In this document: positions 36,201 through 45,700 of the stretch, piece after piece
Layout of the letters: each line of letters opens with the position of its first letter
Position numbering within the stretch: position 1 is the stretch's first letter
Virus record (IMG/VR): IMGVR_UViG_3300045961_000035
Coordinates: 1-54,307 of that record
DNA: 54,307 bases
Direction: 5' to 3' (one strand)
DNA from: a virus
Lineage: Duplodnaviria > Caudoviricetes
The notes under the pieces: model-generated
What the model was told of the DNA's origin: nothing
Database searches by the model: none
What the model saw: the letters and a program-made list of their open reading frames with translations, nothing else
Translations under genes and position numbers: made by a program

Positions 36201-36581
36201 GACAAGCAGAAGCTTGGTGCATATGACCCATTCATGGACCAGTATATATTGGCTATTAAGGACGACGAGGTTGAATCTCCTGAAATTGTGGTTTCATGCG
36301 GTACGTTTATTGACTCAAGCGTAACGACTGAACCAAAAGTATTCTACATTGACGCTGGAATGCAGACTGGTATTATCCAGTTGGCATATACAATAGGACT
36401 TATCGCTGGTTCTATTAACTTCAGAGCGACGTTCAATGGCGTTCAGGTGTCTAGCGGTCCAGTGACCAGCTCGGGCTTCTTAAACGTCAACAAAACAACT
36501 GCGTTCCCGAATAGAGTGATGGTCGAGGTAATACCAATATCTGGTGGCGGTAACTTTGAACTGCAAATAAACTGTCCATGA
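33291..36581 (+). CDS. tail nozzle/stabilization protein
   Basis: GRMNKSLDERL.P.GEYRNALN N-terminus, WTDNYNQPRKIN, FAYRYKY.DGEYS, YGI..NPESFA motifs. Confidence 0.8.
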   Translation: MNIQNNFLRGRMNKSLDERLMPPGEYRNALNIEVSSVEGTNVGAVHNVQGNTQLTTLEYDGETLADAVCIGAIANEPKGIMYWFVHAPANGVDMIVSYNEKIEALTYHVISLSVLNFNPQYLITGVNIIDDLLIWTDNYNQPRKINVNRSYPVPLLGNDAITEADIALIQAPPVSAPTTLLTNASGFENYIDTRFVCFAYRYKYLDGEYSALSQFSNAAFIPSEFQLNENTFTNSGMTSVFNAVDVSFNTGSNNVAGIDLCFKLNDSNVINVIEKFDKYEQGWTDYIDVSVKFSSNKIYTTLPESELLRVYDNVPRKAKAQTLMGNRIMFGNYVDGYDITSSTNQPILIDYLTEAVSEPLAQDQVADTTTSTLLEPYFETPILSPTSVINLDFADVQISEGDVLTMNFNFDISSTKTVGTSVTLLPPNFQNLRLSVAADANYATAYDFWNSAHFQNTIGTALNIQPANNVCNGSTWTDMFVCAFPTPIDTGPSPSGQWVKYEYGVAATGTPILSESTVGSDIISLQFPAVQFVRSNDTEPYTRYIVQYYSIDSVVVEYIQADGYKNSLHSNRGYEVGIVYMDDFGRNTTALICETNSTFFDAGASDTRNYIKTTINSIAPSWASRYKFVVKPSKGAYNIIYSSEFYTNVSLNGDYWFKLEGQNQLIPQVGSRLVVKADTVSALSTLIQVDVLDIQSQAAGFIGSATAGLYMRVSANNFSVSGTQNNFVVFETQPDEVNDGIYYEGSQSFQIVNGYHFGNVQNQTSLQPAIVNLNFYNCFCFGNGVEGYRVNDGITSRSLVIGNRFSAVANEDYKEARRFASITYSGVYREQSNINKLNEFNLALANYKDIEQIFGSIQVLFGRQTDVLTLQEDKISYVLAGKNLLSDAAAGGSITSVPEVLGTQIARLEDYGIGLNPESFASYGYDKYFTDAKRGAVLKITGSSYSNDQMEVISEYGMASWFRDRFIETADKQKLGAYDPFMDQYILAIKDDEVESPEIVVSCGTFIDSSVTTEPKVFYIDAGMQTGIIQLAYTIGLIAGSINFRATFNGVQVSSGPVTSSGFLNVNKTTAFPNRVMVEVIPISGGGNFELQINCP

Positions 36582-37318
36582 GTAATTACACCATAGCATA
36601 TGATGAGGACGTAAAGGGATTTCCAACCTTTTACTCGTTTGTGCCCGACTACATGCGCGGCATGAATAACTACTTCTATTCATTTAGCGGAGGCAATTTA
36701 TACAGACACAATACGGGTAGTATTGGCCAGTACTATGGCGTAAACTACCCGTGCTCTATCACATCAGTACTTAACGCCTCTCCCACGGAGGTAAAGGTGT
36801 TTAAGACATTGTCGATTGAGTCAGATGCTGCATGGTCAGCTACGCTTGTGAGCGACCTTCAGACTGGCCTCATTCAAGAGGACTGGTTCGAGGACAAGGA
36901 GGGCAGCTGGTTTGCATTCATTAGGGCCAACACGGCTCCCGACAATTTCAAGATGCGCTCTGCCAATGGCATTGGTAACCTTGTGAGTATCACCAACGTG
37001 AGTGGTACGCTGTACGAGCTTGAGTTTGCGGACGGAGTCGGTAGCATTATCAGCATTGGTGATGCCATATACTTCAACTCTGCGCCACAGCCTCTGCTTG
37101 TGGGTGCCGTCACGCTGGTGGAAGACAACGTTATCACGGTCAACGCTACCGCAGGACCGCTGCCGTCAGCTGGCCTTTTTATCTTTTACGTCAAGAACCA
37201 GCAGGCAGAGTCGCACGGAGTGCTTGGCTACTACTGTGAGTTCACGCTTTCGAATAACAGCACTAGCCCCGTGGAATTGTTCCACGTTGAAAGTAGCGTA
37301 TTTAAGTCGTATCCTTAA
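36578..37318 (+). CDS. tail structural protein (resembles a nozzle C-terminal part)
   Basis: GFPTFYSFVP..GGNLYRHN..VKVFKTLSIE..KEGSWF motifs. Confidence 0.65.
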   Translation: MSNYTIAYDEDVKGFPTFYSFVPDYMRGMNNYFYSFSGGNLYRHNTGSIGQYYGVNYPCSITSVLNASPTEVKVFKTLSIESDAAWSATLVSDLQTGLIQEDWFEDKEGSWFAFIRANTAPDNFKMRSANGIGNLVSITNVSGTLYELEFADGVGSIISIGDAIYFNSAPQPLLVGAVTLVEDNVITVNATAGPLPSAGLFIFYVKNQQAESHGVLGYYCEFTLSNNSTSPVELFHVESSVFKSYP

Positions 37319-37335
37319 ACTATCTTTGTAACAAT

Positions 37336-38079
37336 ATGATTCCCATTCCCCCACAGTTCCTTCTTGCTCTAGGCACCAAGGTGTTGCCTCAGGTGCTTGG
37401 CTCGGTTGGTAGCTTCGCTACTGCCGCCATGCAGAAGAAGGCCATGGACGAAGCAGAACAGGCTGCAGCTAAGGCTGTTGCTGACGCTAGAGCTAAACTT
37501 ATGCAGGCCCCCCTCGAGGAGGTTCAGGTACCGACCGAGGCATACCAAAACGCTATGCGTGAAATCACCGCACAGTCTATGCAGTTGACCGAGGCCGCCA
37601 GAGAGTCTGGCGCTCGTGAGCTTGCAGCAAGCGTAGGTCGTATCGGGGCCGCTGGACTACAGGCTACGGAGCAGCAGAGAGAATCAATGGCTGACCGCAT
37701 CTACGCAAGAGACATGACAGTAGCTCAGGACGAGGCAAGACGGCTTGGCGCGCTTTCGCAGTTGGACGTCATGGAAGCACAGGGCGCTCAGCTCGCCGAA
37801 GCACAGGCGGCAGAGCAGCGTGGTGCTGCGCTGTCCGCTGGTATCAGTGGGCTTGGGTCTGCAGTTGGCGGGGTGTTTGAATCACTTCCGCTGTATGGCT
37901 TTGGTGCCAACCCAAACTCGGGGCGAGCTATACGTAGAGACCTACTCGGTAGAGGCGGCTCACTGAATCAGTATCAGATTGATAATCAATTGTCTGGATT
38001 TGGAGCCCAATTAGGCGCTACTCAAGACGAGTTGGATTTATTTAATCTCGGTCAAGTACCACTGCTAGGAGCGCGATAA
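37336..38079 (+). CDS. putative internal virion/ejection protein
   Basis: Ala/Gln/Gly-rich and helical; first of three genes after the nozzle. Confidence 0.6.
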   Translation: MIPIPPQFLLALGTKVLPQVLGSVGSFATAAMQKKAMDEAEQAAAKAVADARAKLMQAPLEEVQVPTEAYQNAMREITAQSMQLTEAARESGARELAASVGRIGAAGLQATEQQRESMADRIYARDMTVAQDEARRLGALSQLDVMEAQGAQLAEAQAAEQRGAALSAGISGLGSAVGGVFESLPLYGFGANPNSGRAIRRDLLGRGGSLNQYQIDNQLSGFGAQLGATQDELDLFNLGQVPLLGAR

Positions 38080-39728
38080 TGGCTAAGAGTTATTTAGGAT
38101 ATGTAGAGAAGGACCAGCAGGCGTTTGTCGACTGGGGTGCGATTGGTTCGCAGATATCTCAAGACCTTGACAAGATTCGTGTTAATCGTCAAGAGCAAAG
38201 AGATGAGCTTGACCGTGTTACCAACGAGGCTGTCACTACCATCAATGAGCTCACCGCCAACCAGCCTAAGCTGGTCAGTGAGTTCTACATGGACGGCGCC
38301 AACGACATGCGTCAGTACCTACTCATGCTCAATAAGGAGATGAAGGCCGGACGCCTCAACCCAGCGGAGTACATGAAGAAGAAGCAGGTGCTTATGGATG
38401 GCGTTACCCAGCTTGGTGATGCGTCTAAGGCGTTTGCTGAGGACTATGAGAACGCCATGAAGCGCCTGCAAAACGGAGAGTCTGCGGCACAGGAGATATT
38501 TCAGAACGAGATGTACGATGCGTTCCGTACCACAGAAGACAAGGGCATCTACGTTAACCCGGCAGATGGCCGTGTCTACATTGCCAAGCGTAATGCTGAC
38601 GGAACGATTAACAGAAACCAGTCCGACCTACTAAGCGTCAACAAACTGTACGCTCGTCGCAAGGACCAGATTAATAAGTTCGACGTTATTGGCGAGACAA
38701 GTAAGAAGGTTGGCGTGCTTGGCGACGTGGTTAAGTCCATGCGCCGTGGCAACGTGCTCACGCTAAAGGACGTGATGCAGAACCCGCAGTACAAGAAGGC
38801 GGAGGGAGACATCATCAACTCTATGATGGCATCACCACGTAATGCCGCAAGTGTATTGTCAGACTACGTTGGTGGATACCAGTTTACTCAGGACCCCGCT
38901 GTTGCGTCAAGCACCCCGAATACGATTCTCCTCAAGGAGGATGGCATGGGACTGCTTATGCCTGAGCTTACTGCCGAGCAGCGCAAGAAAGCTGAAGAGG
39001 CTCTGCGTGCTCAGATTCGTGTTCAGCTTGACAAGGTCGAGACACCGATGCCAGTGTACGCTCCAGACCGCCAGTTCAACTTTGGAATTGGTGAGCGCAA
39101 GAGAAAGAACGCAGAGAACATTGAGCTTCTGCGTAAGGTTTACGTTGGTGATGCAGAGGCACAGGTCGCTGTTGATGCCATTCGTGCGGCCAATCCTAAT
39201 ATCATGAAGATAGACCGCCAGCCGGACAACCTCATCATCACGTTTAATGATGGTAAGATTGAGCGACTTCCCATACCAAAAACTGCGGCAGGCGCATCGT
39301 CTGGATTCGAGCAGTTTGTCAGCCGTTCTGGTGGTTTCTTGTTAAATATCGAGCCGCAGCAGGCGTTTGTTGACTATCGTGAAAGCGACTACTTCGGTCG
39401 TCCTACACGCTTTGGAGAGGCTACGTTTACCAGAGGACAAGAGCTTTCGCCGGAGGCCAAGGCCAAGTCTATCGCTGATAAGATTGGAGCCGAGACATTC
39501 ACCATGAAAGAAGAAGATGCTGTGCCTGTCATACAGGCTCAGTTGCCGTCTGGATTTGTGGCAGAAGAAAGTGGATTTGGTAACAATGTAACAGTTACTG
39601 CTCCGAACGGAAAGTCTATTGAGATATCTACAAAAAGAGACGACGGAGCCGCTGGGCTTAAGGCGCTTCAATCGTTCTTGGCGACCAATGGCGGTGGCGC
39701 AAACTCTGGCGCAGGCATTCTAGATTAA
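38079..39728 (+). CDS. putative internal virion/ejection protein
   Basis: 549-aa helical protein coupled to the preceding gene. Confidence 0.6.
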   Translation: MAKSYLGYVEKDQQAFVDWGAIGSQISQDLDKIRVNRQEQRDELDRVTNEAVTTINELTANQPKLVSEFYMDGANDMRQYLLMLNKEMKAGRLNPAEYMKKKQVLMDGVTQLGDASKAFAEDYENAMKRLQNGESAAQEIFQNEMYDAFRTTEDKGIYVNPADGRVYIAKRNADGTINRNQSDLLSVNKLYARRKDQINKFDVIGETSKKVGVLGDVVKSMRRGNVLTLKDVMQNPQYKKAEGDIINSMMASPRNAASVLSDYVGGYQFTQDPAVASSTPNTILLKEDGMGLLMPELTAEQRKKAEEALRAQIRVQLDKVETPMPVYAPDRQFNFGIGERKRKNAENIELLRKVYVGDAEAQVAVDAIRAANPNIMKIDRQPDNLIITFNDGKIERLPIPKTAAGASSGFEQFVSRSGGFLLNIEPQQAFVDYRESDYFGRPTRFGEATFTRGQELSPEAKAKSIADKIGAETFTMKEEDAVPVIQAQLPSGFVAEESGFGNNVTVTAPNGKSIEISTKRDDGAAGLKALQSFLATNGGGANSGAGILD

Positions 39729-39745
39729 TTCATTAAATTTGCTCT

Positions 39746-42700
39746 ATGAACGAAGAGCTTAAGAAGCTATACGATGCAATCGTATCTAAAGGTTTCTATA
39801 CCAAGTCGTATGACGATTTTGTAAATCAGTACCAAGACCCCGCATACCGCGACAAGGTATTTGATGTTGTAACTCGTGAAGGTCTATACACTAGGGGGCG
39901 CGAAGAGTTCGATACAAAGTATGCAGCGACTGGTTTAAAAAAAAAAGAACCTTCAGTTTCTACTTCTCAAGAGGCCGCTATGGAGCAGCCTATGGAGACT
40001 GGTTCTTCGGAGTTGCCAAAGTCCGCAGGCGTTAAGGTAACTACTCCTACGGGACAACAGGCCACTGTTCAGTGGGGGCCTACAGAATTTAAGGCTTCAC
40101 AAGATGCTCCCATGTACGACATGGCGAGTCTGTCTGATATTGTTGGAAATGTTGACGTTACGATTGATGAGGCTACCAAGCAAAAGATAAGCAATGTTGT
40201 AGGCATCACTGGCGCCGTATTTAACAAGATTGTAAACCCGCAGTCCAACGCTGCCCAGGCATTGGCTGATGCAAAAAAGTTTGCCGACAACACTCAGACC
40301 GCATACAATGTTGGAGCCCTGAGTGCGCAGATTAGCAACAACATGGCTGATGAAGTTCCTGACTATGAGCGAGTTGCAAAACTCAAGCAGCAACTGAAAA
40401 ACGAGCAGCCCAAACTTTTGTCATCGCAGCTTGGTGCTGAAGCAGGTGACTTCTTTGATATGCTTGCGGCCAACCCGGTTACATTCCTTACTGAGGTATT
40501 GACTACGTCTGCAACTCAGATGACCGGTGGAGCTGGCGCAATGACACCAGAGGACCTATTGTACGCCACAGCGCTCGGCCTTCCTACCGCTGGAGCTGGA
40601 GCAACCGCCTACATGGCAGGGAAAAACTCACTTAATGCGGAGATGTCTTCTCGCATTCTTGACGCCCTCGAGGAGCGTGGTGTTGATGTAACAAATGCTG
40701 AGCAGCTTCGAACAGCTATGACCAATCCAGAATTAATGATGGATGTCAAAAGCGAAATTCAGGCTCCCGCTACAATTGTTGCTGCACTCGACGCCGTAAG
40801 TGGCGGTCTTGCTGGACGAGTTGGTAAGCCACTAGTTGAACTTGCCATTCAGGCTGGGTCTGGTGCCGTAGGTGAGGCTGGTGCTCAGATTGCCGCAGAT
40901 GGACGTATTACTTCGCCGTCAGCTATCCTTACTGAGATGGTGGCAGAGATTCCAGGTGGCCTTATTGAGACGGCGTTTGGTGCTAAGACGAAAGACATTG
41001 CTCGCAAGACAAAGGTCAATCAGGAAATCAATGAGCTTGAGACTGAGCTTTCTGCGACTGATGACCCAGAGGTTAGAGGGGTACTTGAGACTGCGCTCAA
41101 TGCCAAGAGAAACGAGAAGAATAAGATATTCACTGACTACGCAGACTTTGTGAACTCACTGCCCGAAGAAGAGGTGGCGAGGCTCAATGCGTTAAATGAG
41201 GAGATAGTAAAAGTTAGCAACGCAATCAATACAGTGACCAGCGATATAGCTGGAAAGGCACTGAGAGACCGGAGACAGTCTCTGCTTGATGAGGTTGCAA
41301 AGATTGAAGAAACCGCAACACCAACACAAGATGCCGTTCAAGAGCAAGCAACAGATGAAGGCGTGCTACGCCCAGAACAACCCGAAGTGGGACTGCAAGA
41401 AATGGTCGAAGGAGACCAAGAACCTGAAGTCGTTGCCGAAGCGGGTGAAGAAGTAGTTCCTCAGGCTGTAGAAGAACAAGAGCTGTCTGACCTTAGAGCA
41501 ATTATAGGTGAGCCAGATGGTGGTGAACCAAGATTCAGGCTTTCCGATAGTGAGACTATTGTGAACGAGGCTGATGTCGAGGGGATTACCGATGTGATGA
41601 ACAAGATGCCAGCTGTTCAGCTGGAATTTCAGGAGCCAACTGGCGTTGAGACATCTATCGTATCTCCAATCGAGCAGTCGAAATCGACTGTAAAGGACAT
41701 CACGGAAGAGCAAGCCAGTGCACTTACTGGTAGAATCGAAGATTACAATGGCCTACCTATGGTCACTGGAATGTCTGACATATTGGCATCTGGCGTAGTA
41801 AAGGACTCAATGGGTAATGACATGCAGGTAGACGGTGGTCTTCTGTTCAATGTCCTAGGCTCTAATAAGGACCTCGCTTGGGCTGGCGTAAACGAAGGTG
41901 GAGCTCAGGCTCAGTATGACGCAGCGGTGCGTCTATATCAGTCTAATAAGCCACTGTTCGATAAGGCTTGGACTGACGGAAAGCTGCCTAATGGTCATGT
42001 TCCGATGGCCATTATGCGAATGTCAAATGGTGCAATCAATTCCAACGAGGCTGTGTTCCGCTGGATACTTCCAACGGTAGAATCACTTCCGGAAAAGAAC
42101 AGAGTTAACGCAATGACTCCATTGATTGAGGCTATTGATGCGAAGACAAAAGTTTCCGACGATAAGATTAGAGCGGCAGCCAATGCGCTTAAGAGCGATA
42201 TCGAAGCCAATAACATTAAATCAGTTGATGAGTTACTTAAGTATGTAATTGAGCAGGCTAAGCAGCGTGCTGCTGGCAATGAGGATACATTTACTCTACC
42301 TGAGCGCTCTCTTCTTTATGAGGTTATGTTCTCTGCTGAGGGCGTAAAGAAACCAAATTCAAAATACATCAAGACGTTATTTGATGGCGTCGATGCCACT
42401 AACGCAAAGAACTTCACCTCTGATGCTATCTATGATGCAATTGGCGAGGAGTCAATGAAGAGCTTAAAGCAGGGAAGTGTTGTTGCCATCATGGGTATTG
42501 ACGTACTAAATGGCGGCATTCAGAAAGCGCAGCACAACAACTATGGATTCGGCCCAAAGGGGCAGGCAATTGCTATTTTGCAAAACCCCACGCATGGCAT
42601 TGATGTATTCCCGGAGTGGAAGGCCAAGGCTTCGCGAGTGTTCAAGGAAAAAGTAAAGAAGACCGGAGAGGTTGTGGCTCCGGACATGGAGTCGATACCA

Positions 42701-45700
42701 ACACAAGTTGGTGGTGCCTTCTTTGCTGATGGCGCATTTATTGGCGCAAGACCAATGGTGAATGCCATCGGTGACATAGAGATGCTGATGGGCAAGCTTC
42801 GGTTTGCGTTCCCATCCGTTCAAGCTACGGCTACACAGGAGGAGTTTGATGCCATCATGCAGGACCCAGAGGTAAGAACCAGAGAGGTCAACGGCATGAA
42901 GATTCTTGGCTTGACCAAGGACGGCAATATATACATCAACCCCAGCGAGGCTTCGCTGGCTACGCCAATCCACGAGTTTGGTCACATCTGGATTGACTTC
43001 CTGCGCTCTAAGGAATCAGGCAAGAAGGGCACTGAGCTGCTTAATAAGGGGCTTGAGCTTGTCGAAGGAACGATGGAGCTTGATACGGCCAAGGCGAAGT
43101 ATGGAGACACGGAGCTAGCTAGAGAAGAAGCGCTTGTTGAATTGATGGCCACCAAGGGTGAGACCATCATCAATGCATCTAAGCGTTCCAAGTTTAAGTC
43201 TTGGCTTAATGGCGTGTTCAAGTACATCAAAGAAAGATTCACTACATCTAAGGACCTAAAGGTAGACGGCATCAAAGACCTTACGCTTGACGAGTTCATT
43301 GGCGTAGCTCTAGCTGACCTGTTCTCTGGCCAGCCAATCAACAACAAGTTCAGCCCGAGAAAGGCTGCCGAGTCTATGCGTGCTAGATACAGCGCGCAAG
43401 AGGACAACATCTACGACATAGTTGGAAAGGCAAGGGCTGAAGGTTTCAGGGATGTAACTATCGAAGCGTTTCTAAAGGAGCGTGGATACACGTCTGAAGA
43501 AATCAAGGGAGCCATGGAGATTCCGCTCGATGTGCTCGGCAACGTGCTTCCTGATGCGTTTAAAAACCTTGAGGGCGGGGCGGTAGTTGGTCAGAATTTA
43601 TTTAACAACATCAAAGAAAAGTTAAATAAGCTTGCTGCCAAGAAGAATAAAATCACCAAGAAGCCTGTATACAATAAGTTACAGCTTCGTGAAGAGACAA
43701 AGAATCTTCTGACTGCTACCGAAGAGTTCAAGGCTCAGACGGATGAGGTGAAGGCTAAGCTGATGCTTGACCTCGACAAGGCAATTGGCATCAAGTCAAG
43801 TAACGCAGCAATGCGTGAAGAGTTCAAGTCGCTGAGAGCTATGCTCTTGGACCGCAAGAAGACCAGAGATAATCTCGAGGCCATCAAACGTAAGGTGCGT
43901 GGCTTCATTCGCAAGTCATTGCCGCAGGGTGAGTACACCAAGGCTGATGTACTTAAGTTAATCCAGGCCGTTACCGACGCCAACTACGACAACCTGCCCG
44001 CAATAATGCAGCGCGTTGAGGGATACGTTAACGAGTACAACGTAGCCAAGGTAGAGCGAGACATCAAGAAACTTCTTGAGACCAAGACCACTAAGGTTGA
44101 GAGCGGTAGAAGAATGGGCACTACGACTATCCAGGTTCAGGATGCCATTGCTTCTATTAATGAGGAGCTTGTGAGTCCAGACATGGCGCCAGATAAGATA
44201 GCCGAAACCATGGAGCGCCAGCTTAAGGAGTTCGATGAATTGACTTCTGAATTCTCTCTCGACGAAGAGGATATAATGCGTGCTCAGGTTCTACAGATAG
44301 CCATGCTGTACAACGAGGCATCGCTGATGGAGAACAACGACCCGAACAAACTGGATACGTTGACGCAGGCTAAGACGCAGCTGGCTCAGCTCGTACTTGA
44401 GGGACGCTCAGCGTTTAAGGATGCGCTGTCTCGTCAGCATGAGATGTACAGACAGAACGTGAAGGACCTCATCGAATCTATCACGGGCAAGGTAGTTGAT
44501 GACGACATCACTACCAACGATGGGGCTGAGGAGTTTGTTAGAACGTCAGAGATTGAGCGAGCAAACGAGGAGGCCACTAAGTCAAGAGTCGCAAAGGCGT
44601 GGTCTTCATTTGTTGGCCAGCCGTTCACTAACTACTTTGATAAGACTGGTTCACTTCACACGCTGTTGTCGCGCATAACGGAGAACCTTACTGACCAGTT
44701 TGGCGGAAGAGTTCACGATATGGTATACGACAGACTCAAGCAATCAAGCATTGAGTTCGAGGGCAGGATGCAGAAGATGAACGCCATGATTGACAAGGCA
44801 GCCATCGACATCTTTGGAGAGAAGTACGACAGCGTTGTAAAGAACAACAAGGTAAAAGCTCCAGTCGACATCTTTAAGGATGAGGCAGCTGCCAAGAAGA
44901 TTATGGATGAGATGAAGACGGCAAGCTCAAAGCGTAAGACTGAGCTGAATGCTGAGCTTAACAAACTCCGTGTGTTCGAGCCGATGAGTCAAAACCAAAT
45001 CTACTACCTGTACAACCAATACAAAGACCCGGCTAACAGAACTGGCTTCGAGTCTAAGTTTGGAGACAACTACGTAGAGCTTATGGACAGGCTATTCAAC
45101 GAGGCTCTTGACCCAAGGGTAAAAGAATGGGCTGACTGGCAGGTAAACGTTTTGTACCCATCACTTTACCAGGACTACAACCCAGTATATCAGAATATAT
45201 TCCGCACCAATATGCCGTGGAATCCGAACTACGCTGGACGGATGTATCGTGAGTTTGAGGCTGACGATACCATGGCAATCACGCTGATGAATGATAAGGG
45301 CGAGTTCTCAAACATCCAGACGCCATCGTCTACGAAGCTTCGCAAGAAGAATAAGAATGCCATCAAGCTGATGGATGGTGATGGTGTGCTATCATCATAC
45401 CTTGGCGACATGGAATACTTCCGTGCATACGCGGAGAGTATCCGTGACATTGATAAGATGTTCAAGAACAAGGCTGTTCGCGAGTCAATCAAGAGGACTA
45501 CCGGGGAAGATGTGCTCAAGCTTATCGACAACAACATTAAGCTTGTTGGAACGAGAGGGATGAGTGCCGGAGAGGGCATGAAGCAAACTATGCTTGATAA
45601 TATATCAGCCAGATTCTCTAAGGCTGTGCTCATGGCTAACCCATCTCAGTTTGTCAAGCAGGCAACGTCTTTGTTTGCGTTCGCTAACCGCATTGGCTTT

